DNA of 53,514 bases from Candidatus Saccharimonadales bacterium (GTDB lineage: Bacteria > Patescibacteriota > Saccharimonadia > Saccharimonadales > DASWIF01). Of the stretch, positions 8,819 to 18,525 are shown piece after piece. The stretch is from NCBI GenBank assembly GCA_036397795.1, contig DASWIF010000043.1, positions 1 through 53,514 of the forward strand, in the 5' to 3' direction. Made by a program: the position numbers and the translations under genes. The notes under the pieces were generated by a model that saw only the letters and a program-made list of their open reading frames with translations, was not told where the DNA came from and did not search any database. Every line of letters starts with the position of its first letter. The first letter of the stretch is position 1.

Positions 8819-9454
8819 TTAGTTTAAGAGCGGGACAAAGACGAAACCGTAGTGTTCTTCGCTCTTTATTCGCCCAAATGGATCTTTGACAATTTTAAAT
8901 AGACTGTTTTTTACTGGCACGACCATTTGGCCCGGCGATTTTAACTGCTTTATGAGTTCGTCAGGTATACTATCGGCCGACGCCGAAACCAAAATCCTGT
9001 CGTACGGCGCGGCTTTGACATAACCGAGGCGGCCGGGAGTATAGTGAATGGTAGCTTGTCTAAGTTTCATTTTTTCAAGGCGGTTTTGGCCCAATCTGAC
9101 CAAACCGGATTTAATTTCTGTACCGACAATCCGACCATCGACACCAACGACTGTCGCTAAAAGCGCCGTTGTCCAACCCGAGCCGCTGCCGACATCCAAT
9201 ATATTTTGGCCGGCTTTGGGCTGAAGCAGTTCCAGCATGATGGCCACGGTTGTCGGCTGTGAAATAGTTTGACCGTGTCCAATATCGAGCGGAAAATTGC
9301 CGTATGCTTGATCTATTAGGGCTGGCGGTACGAACTGGATTCTGTCAATTGATTTGAAGGCCTTAATCAAGTGAGGGGATTTGAGTGTCCCGGCACGGAC
9401 TAAGCCATCAACTAAGTCGGGATAAGATGAGTAGTGATTGGTCCAAAACGCCAT
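8819..9454 (-). CDS. pcm: protein-L-isoaspartate O-methyltransferase
   Basis: GHGQTISQPTTVAIMLELL and SAM-binding ILDVGSGSGW motifs. Confidence 0.85.
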   Translation of the reverse strand: MAFWTNHYSSYPDLVDGLVRAGTLKSPHLIKAFKSIDRIQFVPPALIDQAYGNFPLDIGHGQTISQPTTVAIMLELLQPKAGQNILDVGSGSGWTTALLATVVGVDGRIVGTEIKSGLVRLGQNRLEKMKLRQATIHYTPGRLGYVKAAPYDRILVSASADSIPDELIKQLKSPGQMVVPVKNSLFKIVKDPFGRIKSEEHYGFVFVPLLN

Positions 9455-9494
9455 AACTATATTTTAATACTCGCGTCCAGCCGGTTGCCGGTTT

Positions 9495-10217
9495 GTGCCG
9501 AATAACTTAAGCGTTATAATTAAAACCGACGTGGAAGAATCAAACATTCCCCCGCAACCAATTAAGCCGGAATCAATTCCGCCCGCTAAAAAGCCCCGTC
9601 CGGCAAAGCAAACGCTACTGCTGTGGCTATTAATTGTTCTGCTGGCCAGTAGCAGCGGAGTTTTTGCCTATCTTTACTTCACTAACTCTGACTCAACCGC
9701 CAATCCGGCTGATCAACCCACGGCGGAATCAGATCAACCCGGCGCGGAAATGACATCAACTGGCAGCCCTAGTCTCTACCAGGCCGAGGTCGGCAAGTTT
9801 TCACTAACTCTGCCGGTTGGGTATTACGTGATAGAGAAAATTGACGGCGGTTTTGAGGGCGGACCGGTGACCTCGATCGTTATTGGCCAGGTGGATGAAG
9901 AGGTTAATAATCTTATTCATTCCAGTGCGGCTCAAGAGTTTGAAATTATCGCTTTGCCTTTAACCTCAACCGGTGCTACTACTTTGGCTGAATATGGCGC
10001 CTCGACCAGTTTTGGCAGCAGCGAACTATCAACCCAGCTTGAGAATACGACGTTTAGCGGGGTAGACGCGTTGGTGTACCGACAGGATGGCTTATTTACT
10101 ACGACCCACTTGGCCTTTATCAATGCCGCTGTGGCCTACAGCGTGTCATTTGTCGGTTCGTCACCCGCCGACAACGATCTCTACGCCGTGGTCGAGGAGG
10201 CATTTAGCTTCGACTAA
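9495..10217 (+). CDS. membrane-anchored hypothetical protein
   Basis: GTG start, Pro-rich N-terminus, one TM (LLLWLLIVLLASSSGVFAYLYF), extracytoplasmic domain. Confidence 0.5.
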   Translation: MPNNLSVIIKTDVEESNIPPQPIKPESIPPAKKPRPAKQTLLLWLLIVLLASSSGVFAYLYFTNSDSTANPADQPTAESDQPGAEMTSTGSPSLYQAEVGKFSLTLPVGYYVIEKIDGGFEGGPVTSIVIGQVDEEVNNLIHSSAAQEFEIIALPLTSTGATTLAEYGASTSFGSSELSTQLENTTFSGVDALVYRQDGLFTTTHLAFINAAVAYSVSFVGSSPADNDLYAVVEEAFSFD

Positions 10218-10223
10218 CGGTCT

Positions 10224-10505
10224 TTATTGCAATTTCTTATAAAGCGAGCCGGTAAGAATTAGTGTTATAACGCCTGTGCCAAGCAGTATGAATGGGTTGT
10301 CGGCCAGTACGTCAGCTCGGTCGATTAGGTGTTCAAAACCATAAAATGTGGCGACCAAACCGAAAGTGCCAAGCAGGGTGAAGAGCAACGGAAAACGGGT
10401 AAACGCCGCTTGGCGTTTGGTGTCAATTTTTTGAACCAATTGTTTTTCTTTGTTAAGAAAGGCCTTTTCTTTGTCGATCAGAGGATGGTTTTTAATGGGT
10501 TCCAT
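10224..10505 (-). CDS. small two-TM membrane protein, unknown function
   Basis: 93 aa ORF with two hydrophobic segments. Confidence 0.45.
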   Translation of the reverse strand: MEPIKNHPLIDKEKAFLNKEKQLVQKIDTKRQAAFTRFPLLFTLLGTFGLVATFYGFEHLIDRADVLADNPFILLGTGVITLILTGSLYKKLQ

Positions 10506-10553
10506 GAATATAATTATAGCCTGAATACCGGCCAGCTTAAGCCAATTATGATT

Positions 10554-10630
10554 TGGTAGCAGGGGCGAGGATTGAACTCGCGACCTCAGGCTTATGAGTC
10601 CTGCGCTCTAACCAGCTGAGCTACCCTGCC
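10554..10630 (-). tRNA. tRNA with CAU anticodon (elongator Met, or tRNA-Ile2 needing lysidine)
   Basis: 77 nt cloverleaf on the minus strand: GGCAGGG-TA-GCTC-AGCTGGTTA-GAGC-G-CAGGA-CTCATAA-GCCTG-AGGTC-GCGAG-TTCAATC-CTCGC-CCCTGCT-A-CCA. Confidence 0.85.
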
Positions 10631-10731
10631 TTAGCCGCGAGGTAACTATAACAAACAATCCACCCCTTTTAAATCGGTTGGGCTGCCGGGGATTGATTAG
10701 CGGCGGTTTCTACTGCAAAATAGCTGATAGT

Positions 10732-11238
10732 ATGTCCGAGGCTAGCCCAAAACCAGACCGGCCTAATGCCCATGACAATTTCCGTGCCAGGCGGATAGAC
10801 GATGAGATGCGTCGTGTGATTGGTTTTGTCGGCCCGGAGAAACTCGAAGCGTGGTTAAACGGATCGAACGATGGGGATTCGCGTGAAATAATCCGCCAGA
10901 TTACACCCTCGATCCAGATTCTTAATGAGGATGGTTTTCTGGGCCCGCTGCTTTGGCACATTGACAGAACCAGATTCTACGTACTTGGTCATCATGACGA
11001 CGGCAGCTGGACTTATGGTTTGGAGCCGGAGCCAGGTGAGCCGCACGAGCCAATACCGCTTCATGGCAAGCAAAAGCCTGTCGATGACTGGACGGAACGT
11101 GAAATTGCGTTATTTAAGGATTTAATCAGGAGTCTGCAAGCGTACGGAAATCAGGTACCGGCCGGAGCCGTCCACCGATCAATTGGGCCAATGCCAAAAG
11201 GCCCGGCCACTAAAGACGTTAGCTCAGATTTAGTGTGA
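10732..11238 (+). CDS. hypothetical protein
   Basis: ORF is open from 10678. The ATG at 10732 (MSEASPKPDRPN...) is the more plausible start. No recognisable motif. Confidence 0.5.
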   Translation: MSEASPKPDRPNAHDNFRARRIDDEMRRVIGFVGPEKLEAWLNGSNDGDSREIIRQITPSIQILNEDGFLGPLLWHIDRTRFYVLGHHDDGSWTYGLEPEPGEPHEPIPLHGKQKPVDDWTEREIALFKDLIRSLQAYGNQVPAGAVHRSIGPMPKGPATKDVSSDLV

Positions 11239-11277
11239 TTGTTCTACTTGGCGGCCGGGCTGATACAATCTCGTAGA

Positions 11278-12195
11278 ATGAGATCGATAGACCTAAAGGC
11301 TAACATATACATCGTTGCCGTTTCCGGCGGCGTGGACTCGGTAGTACTGTTGGACCTTTTGAGCCGCCAAACCGAACTTGAATTAATAGTGGCTCATTTT
11401 GACCATGGTATCCGGGTCGATTCGGGCCGAGATCGGCAATTTGTGTCCAGCCTGGCGAAGAAATACAAACATAAATTTGAATCAGCCGAAGGTCAGCTTG
11501 GTCCCGACGCTTCCGAAGCCAAGGCCAGGGCGGTGCGCTATAAGTTTTTAAAACAAGTAAAGTCCAAACACCGCGCCGTCGGAATTGTTACCGCACATCA
11601 CCAGGATGACATCATTGAGACCGCCATTATTAACTTGATAAGAGGAACCGGGCCGAAAGGCCTGAGTGCCTTAAAGTCTTCGCCGGCTCTTATCCGCCCG
11701 TTGCTTAATTGGACTAAGGCCGACATCATCAAATATGCTCGCCGAGGGCAACTGTCGTGGCGAGAAGACCCAACCAATCAAGACACTAGTTATTTGAGAA
11801 ATTACATTAGACGGATATTGATACCCAAATTAACCCAGGCCGATGCGAATTGGCGGCCAAAATTTCTGTCGGCAATTGAGATCAACCGGGACTTAGGCCG
11901 GGAAATTGAACCGCTTATTAAAAGTATTGCGGCCGATAATATCAGGCTGGGCGCCAATCAGGCCAAGATGGCTAGATCTTGGCTAGTGGGGCTGCCAGGG
12001 CTGGTAGGACGAGAAATGATTGCTCATATGATACGCGCCGTCGATAAAAAAGTCAGAATTGATCGGCGCTCGATTACCGCCGCTTGGCAGTTTGCTAAAA
12101 CGGCGCGGAGCGGCAAAACCAAACTGCTTGGCAAAACCACCGTCATGACGATTAATAATGGCGAGGTTTTAGTCGGAACCAAGGCACCGTCTTAA
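11278..12195 (+). CDS. tilS: tRNA(Ile)-lysidine synthetase
   Basis: PP-loop SGGVDS near the N-terminus. Classic tilS-ftsH neighbourhood. ORF is open from 11239; the ATG at 11278 (MRSIDLK) is chosen. Confidence 0.8.
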   Translation: MRSIDLKANIYIVAVSGGVDSVVLLDLLSRQTELELIVAHFDHGIRVDSGRDRQFVSSLAKKYKHKFESAEGQLGPDASEAKARAVRYKFLKQVKSKHRAVGIVTAHHQDDIIETAIINLIRGTGPKGLSALKSSPALIRPLLNWTKADIIKYARRGQLSWREDPTNQDTSYLRNYIRRILIPKLTQADANWRPKFLSAIEINRDLGREIEPLIKSIAADNIRLGANQAKMARSWLVGLPGLVGREMIAHMIRAVDKKVRIDRRSITAAWQFAKTARSGKTKLLGKTTVMTINNGEVLVGTKAPS

Positions 12196-12229
12196 AAACG
12201 ATGGGCTTTTTAAGTATAATTGCCTGGTC

Positions 12230-14089
12230 ATGAATCCAATGAGCAGCGGCCGTAACGGTGGTCCGAAACGAATGAGGAATTTTGGTTTCATCGCTTTAAT
12301 AGCGGTGTTTGCCCTAATAGTGATTGCGCTGGGCAACCCCAGTACGCAACTCGAACAGATTCCCTTTACGGAAGTTATCTCCAAAGCCAACAACGGTGAA
12401 ATCGAGTTGATTACTCTTAAGGGCGATGAATTGACTATCACGCCTAAAGGTTCGGAAGAGCCAAAGTTCAAATCGATCAAGGAATCCGGTACCAGTTTGA
12501 ATGAGCAGGGTCTGGATATCACTAAAACCAACGTCAGCATTGAACAACCCTCCGATGCCGGTTCGTTTGTTTTTCAGCTGCTGATATCATTCTTGCCGGT
12601 GTTGATTATTGTCGGCGCCTTGCTGTTCATGATGCGTCAGGCCCAGGGGCAGGGCAACCAAGCATTGTCGTTTGGAAAAAGCCGGGCCAGAATATTTGGC
12701 GGTAACGAGAAGGAGAAAATTGACTTTAATGATATCGCCGGCAACCTGGAAGCCAAGGAGGATTTGCAGGAAGTCGTGCAGTTTTTGAAATTTCCAAAAA
12801 AATTCCGTGACGTCGGCGCCAAAATCCCCAAAGGTGTGTTGTTGATTGGCCCGCCGGGAACCGGAAAAACCATGTTGGCTCGGGCGGTTGCTGGCGAGGC
12901 CCAAGTGCCGTTTTTTAGTATTTCCGGTTCAGAATTTGTAGAAATGTTTGTCGGCGTCGGTGCTAGTCGGGTGCGAGACTTATTTGCCAAAGCCAAGAAA
13001 AATGCGCCGTGCATTGTATTTATCGACGAGATTGACGCTGTCGGTCGCCGCCGTGGTTCGGGCATGGGCGGCGGACACGACGAGCGGGAGCAGACTCTAA
13101 ATCAGATTCTGGTCGAGATGGATGGCTTTGAAACCGGCACGAATGTAATAGTGCTGGCCGCCACCAACCGCTCAGACGTGCTTGATCCGGCGTTGCTCCG
13201 TCCCGGACGGTTTGATCGTCGAGTAAATATCAGTTTGCCAGATAGAAAGGACCGACAGGCAATCTTGGAGGTTCATTTTAAAGACAAGCCGACTCAAAAA
13301 GACGTTAACTTAGACTCACTGGCCGGTAAAACGGCTGGCAGTAGCGGCGCGGACCTTGCTAATATCGCCAATGAAGCCGCAATCGTGGCTGCTCGGGACG
13401 ACCGTAAATCGATTACTAACAAAGACGTGACGGCCGCGTTTGAAAAGGTCGCCATCGGGCCGGAGAGAAAAAACAAAGTTATGAGCGAAAAAGAAAAAGA
13501 AATCACCGCTTACCACGAAGCCGGCCATGCGATCGTTGGTCACGTGTTGCCGGACAGTGATCTGGTGCACAAGGTGACGATCATCCCCCGCGGCGGAACC
13601 GGCGGAGTCACCTGGTTTATCCCTCCGGCAGATAAAAGTTATCATTCGGTAGTTGAATACAAGGATATCTTGGCTCGGATGCTGGGTGGCCGGGTAGCGG
13701 AAAAATTGGTCTACGGCATCGATCACGTTACGACCGGAGCCGGTAATGACCTGCAAAAAGCCACCGAACTGGCGCGAGAAATGGTGATCGAGCAGGGGAT
13801 GGGCAACCGACTGAGGGATCAGGTTTTTCACGACACCAACGATGGGATGATGTTTGATCGGATGGTGCACCAGCGGCCATATTCGGAGGATACCGCCAGG
13901 GAAATCGACAAAGAAGTCGAACAGATAATTAAAGAAGCGGCCCACCGGGCGGAAGAGACAATCAAGGCCAACATGGACCCGCTGAAGCGCCTAATGAGTG
14001 AACTGCTGGAAAAAGAAACCCTAGAGGATGATGAAGTTAAAAAAATATTAGTGGACACCAAACTGCCAGCCAGTGTCAAACTGTATTAA
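12230..14089 (+). CDS. ftsH: ATP-dependent zinc metalloprotease FtsH
   Basis: Two N-terminal TM segments, Walker [12 protein letters not shown] second region of homology, zinc site HEAGHA. Confidence 0.95.
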   Translation: MNPMSSGRNGGPKRMRNFGFIALIAVFALIVIALGNPSTQLEQIPFTEVISKANNGEIELITLKGDELTITPKGSEEPKFKSIKESGTSLNEQGLDITKTNVSIEQPSDAGSFVFQLLISFLPVLIIVGALLFMMRQAQGQGNQALSFGKSRARIFGGNEKEKIDFNDIAGNLEAKEDLQEVVQFLKFPKKFRDVGAKIPKGVLLIGPPGTGKTMLARAVAGEAQVPFFSISGSEFVEMFVGVGASRVRDLFAKAKKNAPCIVFIDEIDAVGRRRGSGMGGGHDEREQTLNQILVEMDGFETGTNVIVLAATNRSDVLDPALLRPGRFDRRVNISLPDRKDRQAILEVHFKDKPTQKDVNLDSLAGKTAGSSGADLANIANEAAIVAARDDRKSITNKDVTAAFEKVAIGPERKNKVMSEKEKEITAYHEAGHAIVGHVLPDSDLVHKVTIIPRGGTGGVTWFIPPADKSYHSVVEYKDILARMLGGRVAEKLVYGIDHVTTGAGNDLQKATELAREMVIEQGMGNRLRDQVFHDTNDGMMFDRMVHQRPYSEDTAREIDKEVEQIIKEAAHRAEETIKANMDPLKRLMSELLEKETLEDDEVKKILVDTKLPASVKLY

Positions 14090-14110
14090 ATATCTTGTCT
14101 TGAAAATTTA

Positions 14111-14134
14111 AGCTGGCCCTTAGCCGGCTTTGTT
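14111..14134 (+). terminator. possible intrinsic terminator after ftsH
   Basis: AGCTGGC-CCTTA-GCCGGCT stem (one G-U pair) followed by TTTGTT. Confidence 0.3.
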
Positions 14135-14253
14135 AGCAGCCAAGCATTTATTGCTGATAGTTTAATTATATAATTTAGGCGATTTCTCCCCAGTACTGGG
14201 CAGTAACAAGCTATTTCAAAAGGCGTTTACTCTCGTATACTAGCTTTAGGAAT

Positions 14254-15858
14254 ATGCAAACGAAAAATCCAGTTAAAAGACTACTTAACCGGGCTAACTC
14301 ACAATTTTCGGTAGCTACGGCGGCGACAATCCTGGCGGCTTCGACCTTGGTCTCGAGCTTGCTTGGATTACTGAGAGAGCGCTTGTTGTTGACCAATTTC
14401 GGTATTAGTTCGGAAGTCGACGCCTATAAAGCGGCTTTTACCGTGCCGGACTTTATGTTCATGCTACTAGTGTCCGGCGCATTGAGCGTGACTTTTATCC
14501 CGGTTTTTGCCCGACGAGCAGCGGCGGGTAATTGGCGATCAGCCTGGCAGCTATCAAATAGTCTGCTTAACTTGATGGCGATTATTACCGGCTTTACCAG
14601 CATATTTATTATTATCTTTGCTGATGGGCTAGTCCGCTATGTCGTTGCGCCAGGACTCGATCCGTCGACCCAAGCCTTAGCGGTGGACATGATGCGCTTA
14701 ATTGCCTTAAACCCGTTGTTGTTTGCTGTCTCCAGCGTGTTGACGAGTATCCAGCAGGCCGTTGGCCGGTTCTTTTTCTACGCGCTGGCACCATCGCTAT
14801 ATAACATCGGTATTATCTTTGGAATTTTATTTATTGCTCCCAACGTTGGAATTATCGGTGTAGCTATCGGCGTTTTAATCGGCTCATTCATCCAGCTGAT
14901 CACAAGCATAGTTGGTATGGTTGGATCGGGTTATAGCTACTCACCGACAATAAACTGGAAGAACCTCGGATTTAAGAAAGTGCTGTCGCTTCTACCGGCT
15001 CGCTCGCTGGATCAAGGTGTCGACTATATCAACATCATGGTCGAGACTAACCTAGCTTCCCGTCTCAAGGAGGGAGCTATCACGGCCTACCAAACGGCCT
15101 TTACGCTCCACATGGTGCCGATAACCTTAATCGGCGTGGCAATTTCAACCGCTGCCTTTCCGCGCTTGAGTGAGCGACTGGCCCAAAACCGCACTGATTT
15201 ATTTAAAAAAGATCTCACGGCTGTGCTTCGGGCGATAGTTTGGCTGGTGTTACCGACGGCCGTGATTGCATACTTCGGGCGGGGTTATCTCGTGAGGCTG
15301 CTGGTAGCCGATGGTAACCCGACGATTTCCGCGCTGTTAGGTATTTTGGTTATCGCCATCGCATTTAGAAGCATTTTCCACCTTTTTACCCGTAGTTACT
15401 ACGCCCAGCAAGACACAAAAACTCCGCTGTATATTTCTTTAGTGGCCATCGGGCTGAATATTGCCCTAGCTATTTTCTTAGCGCGGCCTTCGGCCTACGG
15501 TATTTTTGGGTTGGCCCTAGCCCAGTCAATCGCCGCTGCTTTTGAGGCCATTCTGCTGATCGTCGTCCAGGTTCGACGGGTCAAAGGCCTGATAACCAGC
15601 GATCTGGTCGACGGTTTACTAAGGATGATATCGGCCAGTGGTCTGACGGCTTTTATTACCTACCTGACGATCGCGTACGTATTACCGCTTCGGGCCAGCG
15701 ATGTCGGTTTCTTCGCCTTGGGGCCGAAGTTCGGACTTATCGTGCTGGTATCATTTAGCTTTTATGTCCTGTTTAGTCACCTGTTCGGCATCAAAGAGTC
15801 TAGGCCGGTAATTAGTCGGATTAAAGACTTTTTATTCAAACCTGTCAGAACCATTTGA
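14254..15858 (+). CDS. murJ: lipid II flippase MurJ/MviN
   Basis: 534 aa polytopic protein. N-terminal LLGLLRERLLLTNFG...DAYKAAFTVPD matches the MurJ signature. Confidence 0.85.
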   Translation: MQTKNPVKRLLNRANSQFSVATAATILAASTLVSSLLGLLRERLLLTNFGISSEVDAYKAAFTVPDFMFMLLVSGALSVTFIPVFARRAAAGNWRSAWQLSNSLLNLMAIITGFTSIFIIIFADGLVRYVVAPGLDPSTQALAVDMMRLIALNPLLFAVSSVLTSIQQAVGRFFFYALAPSLYNIGIIFGILFIAPNVGIIGVAIGVLIGSFIQLITSIVGMVGSGYSYSPTINWKNLGFKKVLSLLPARSLDQGVDYINIMVETNLASRLKEGAITAYQTAFTLHMVPITLIGVAISTAAFPRLSERLAQNRTDLFKKDLTAVLRAIVWLVLPTAVIAYFGRGYLVRLLVADGNPTISALLGILVIAIAFRSIFHLFTRSYYAQQDTKTPLYISLVAIGLNIALAIFLARPSAYGIFGLALAQSIAAAFEAILLIVVQVRRVKGLITSDLVDGLLRMISASGLTAFITYLTIAYVLPLRASDVGFFALGPKFGLIVLVSFSFYVLFSHLFGIKESRPVISRIKDFLFKPVRTI

Positions 15859-15880
15859 GTCCTCTGATACAATTTGTCGA

Positions 15881-17662
15881 ATGGATCAAAGGCAGATTCG
15901 CAATTTTTGTATCATCGCCCACATAGATCACGGCAAAAGTACGCTGGCGGATCGGCTACTTGAATTAACCGGGACGGTCGAACGACGGCTAATGAAAGAC
16001 CAGTTGCTTGACCAGATGGACTTAGAGCGGGAAAAAGGCATCACCATCAAGCTCCAGCCGGTCCGGATGCAGCATATGGGCTACGAGCTTAATCTGATCG
16101 ATACACCCGGTCACGTTGACTTTAGTTATGAGGTTTCGCGTAGTTTAGCGGCTTGCGAGGGGGCCTTGCTGGTAGTAGACGCAACCCAGGGGATCCAAGC
16201 TCAAACCTTGGCTAACGTTTATCTGGCGCTGGCGGCCGATTTGGTCATCATCCCGGTGATCAACAAAATCGATCTGCCGGCGGCGGAAAGCGCACGGGTA
16301 ACGGCTGAACTTATGACATTACTTAATTGCCGTAAAGAAGATGTTTTAGAAGTTTCAGCTAAGACGGGAGCCGGTGTAGATCAGATTCTGGAAGCAGTCA
16401 TTAAACGAGTGCCGCCGCCAACTGGCCAGCCGTCCCAGCCGACCCGCGGCTTGATTTTTGATTCTCAGTTTAACGAATATCGCGGTGTGATCTTGTACGT
16501 TCGGCTGGTTGACGGCGCAGTATCAAAAAATGACGAATTGAAAATGCTGGCGACTGGCGCTTTGGCCCAGGCGTTGGAAGTTGGCCGGCTAACTCCGGAA
16601 TTGAGAGCGGAAGCGAAACTTTCAAGTGGTGAAATCGGCTACATCGTGACTAATTTAAGAAGCGTTGATCAAGCCAGGGTTGGCGATACCGTGACACGCA
16701 AAGCCCAACCGGCCGAGTTGGCCCTACCGGGCTATCAAGAAGTTAGGCCATTTGTCTACGCCGGACTTTTTCCTGCCAGCAGCGCTGACTACCAAGCGCT
16801 AAAAGACGCGCTGGAAAAACTGGCCCTAAACGACGCGGCCTTACAATTCTCGCTTGAAAACTCTCAAGTCTTGGGCTCTGGTTTTAGGGTCGGCTTTTTG
16901 GGTTTGTTGCACATGGAGATCGTGCAGGCGCGCCTGGAGCGAGAGTATGGTTTGGAACTGGTAATTACCAATCCATCGACCGATTATCAGTTAAAGTTGA
17001 CGACTGGTGCGGAAATAACAATAAAAAACGCCGCCGACTTGCCCGATACCAGCGCCATCGAATTTATCAAGGAACCTTGGATTGAAGGCGAGATCGTTAC
17101 GCCGAAAGACTACATAGGACAGGTTATCCAACTGGTTGTAAACGCCCGCGGGCAACAAAACCATATCGATTATATCGATGACCGATTGGCAATAATTAAA
17201 TTTGAATCACCACTAACCGGCGTGCTAACGGATTTTTTCGATAACTTGAAGAGTGCGACTAGCGGATACGGATCATTTAGTTATGAATTAAAGGATTATC
17301 GGCGAGAGGATCTAGTCAGGCTAGACGTGTTGATAGCCGGTGAGCGCGTTGATGCGCTCAGTGTCATGGCTCACCGGTCCGAGGCCGATGCTATCGGCAA
17401 AAACATGGTCAAGCGACTCAAGGATATTATTCCGCGTCAACTATTTGAGGTTAGCTTACAAATTGCCATCGGCGGCAAAATTATTGCGAGAGAGGACATT
17501 TCGCCGTTAAAGAAAAATGTCACGGGCCACCTCTACGGCGGTGACGTCTCACGCAAGAAAAAATTGTGGGCCAAACAAGCCAAGGGTAAAGCCAGGATGA
17601 AAAAATTCGGTAAAGTCGACATTCCCCCCGAAACTTTCATGGTTATGCTCAAAAAAGACTAG
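15881..17662 (+). CDS. lepA: elongation factor 4 (LepA)
   Basis: IRNFCIIAHIDHGKSTLADRLL, DTPGHVDF, NKIDL, and the LepA C-terminal domain. Confidence 0.95.
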   Translation: MDQRQIRNFCIIAHIDHGKSTLADRLLELTGTVERRLMKDQLLDQMDLEREKGITIKLQPVRMQHMGYELNLIDTPGHVDFSYEVSRSLAACEGALLVVDATQGIQAQTLANVYLALAADLVIIPVINKIDLPAAESARVTAELMTLLNCRKEDVLEVSAKTGAGVDQILEAVIKRVPPPTGQPSQPTRGLIFDSQFNEYRGVILYVRLVDGAVSKNDELKMLATGALAQALEVGRLTPELRAEAKLSSGEIGYIVTNLRSVDQARVGDTVTRKAQPAELALPGYQEVRPFVYAGLFPASSADYQALKDALEKLALNDAALQFSLENSQVLGSGFRVGFLGLLHMEIVQARLEREYGLELVITNPSTDYQLKLTTGAEITIKNAADLPDTSAIEFIKEPWIEGEIVTPKDYIGQVIQLVVNARGQQNHIDYIDDRLAIIKFESPLTGVLTDFFDNLKSATSGYGSFSYELKDYRREDLVRLDVLIAGERVDALSVMAHRSEADAIGKNMVKRLKDIIPRQLFEVSLQIAIGGKIIAREDISPLKKNVTGHLYGGDVSRKKKLWAKQAKGKARMKKFGKVDIPPETFMVMLKKD

Positions 17663-17669
17663 TATTATA

Positions 17670-18407
17670 TTGCAAGGGTATAAGGAACAGCCAATGTTAT
17701 CCGATGAGCTGATACGAAAGGCAAAAGAATATCTACCGACTGACACGGCTAGGCAGGTCACGTCCGGCACTAAATTGTTGCTGGTAGCCGGTCCGGCTGG
17801 CTCTGGCAAAGACGCGATTATCAAAGAACTGGTCAAAGATCCCAGCTATACCTACATCGTTTCTCATACTACGAGACAACCCCGGACTGGCGAGGTTAAC
17901 GGCCGTGACTACTACTTCATCGGACTTAAAGAGATGGAGAAAATGATTGATGAGCAACGTTTTGTTGAAGCTGAGGCGATTTATGGCGAGTATATATCGG
18001 CCACCAGCCTGGCTGAACTTAAGCGGATACAGGAAGAGGGCAGCATAGGCGTAACCGATATCGATGTTTACGGCGTGAAGACGTATATTGATTTAAATTC
18101 CAACACAAAAGCTGTGTTTATTTTGCCACCCAGTTATGAAGAGTGGATGCGGCGGCTGGCAGAACGTGGTTCGGGCGAAGACCAGGAAGCCTTGCACCGG
18201 CGACTAGAAGATGCCCAAACCTGGCTGGAAAAGGCGCTTAGTGCCGGCTATTTTCGATTCGTTATAAATACCGATATCAAGCAGGCCAGCGCCGACGTTA
18301 GGGATTACGCTGAATCAGATCGGATTCAGCAGGGTGGCGCCGACGACACCAGGCTGGAACACGCCTGGCATGTATTGGGCGAATTAAAACAGCAGCTGAA
18401 TTCATAA
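17670..18407 (+). CDS. gmk: guanylate kinase-like nucleotide kinase
   Basis: P-loop GPAGSGKD and SHTTRQPRTGEVNGRDYYF motif. It has N- and C-terminal extensions relative to a minimal Gmk. Confidence 0.7.
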   Translation: MQGYKEQPMLSDELIRKAKEYLPTDTARQVTSGTKLLLVAGPAGSGKDAIIKELVKDPSYTYIVSHTTRQPRTGEVNGRDYYFIGLKEMEKMIDEQRFVEAEAIYGEYISATSLAELKRIQEEGSIGVTDIDVYGVKTYIDLNSNTKAVFILPPSYEEWMRRLAERGSGEDQEALHRRLEDAQTWLEKALSAGYFRFVINTDIKQASADVRDYAESDRIQQGGADDTRLEHAWHVLGELKQQLNS

Positions 18408-18447
18408 GCGGTTGAAGGCGGACCAAAAAGTCGCCAGAGAGAATTGT

Positions 18448-18474
18448 TTAGCACTCTTGACTTGTGAGTGCCAA
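18448..18474. promoter_or_regulatory. CIRCE operator (HrcA binding site) 1
   Basis: TTAGCACTC-ttgacttgt-GAGTGCCAA, 17 of 18 matches to TTAGCACTC-N9-GAGTGCTAA. Confidence 0.8.
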
Positions 18475-18486
18475 ACCGGCTATAAT
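18457..18486 (+). promoter_or_regulatory. sigma70-type promoter of the hrcA operon
   Basis: TTGACT (18457-18462, inside the CIRCE-1 spacer), 18 nt spacer, TATAAT (18481-18486). Confidence 0.55.
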
Positions 18487-18494
18487 TACAGTTA

Positions 18495-18521
18495 TTAGCA
18501 CTTAAGCTAGGAGAGTGATAG
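18495..18521. promoter_or_regulatory. CIRCE operator 2 (degenerate)
   Basis: TTAGCACTT-aagctagga-GAGTGATAG, 15 of 18 matches. Overlaps the SD and lies just 5' of the GTG start of hrcA. Confidence 0.55.
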
Positions 18522-18525
18522 TTTA

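Noticed and set aside
13316-13945. 209 aa antisense ORF inside ftsH. Similar long antisense or alternate-frame ORFs occur at 6361-6861 (ATPase), 12637-13065, 20436-20894, 21543-21887 (dnaK), 42374-42769 (pilB) and 48777-49346 (rny).
   Set aside because: They lie entirely within confidently identified genes. Their composition is low-complexity or biased, as expected from the complementary frame, and they lack RBS or motifs.
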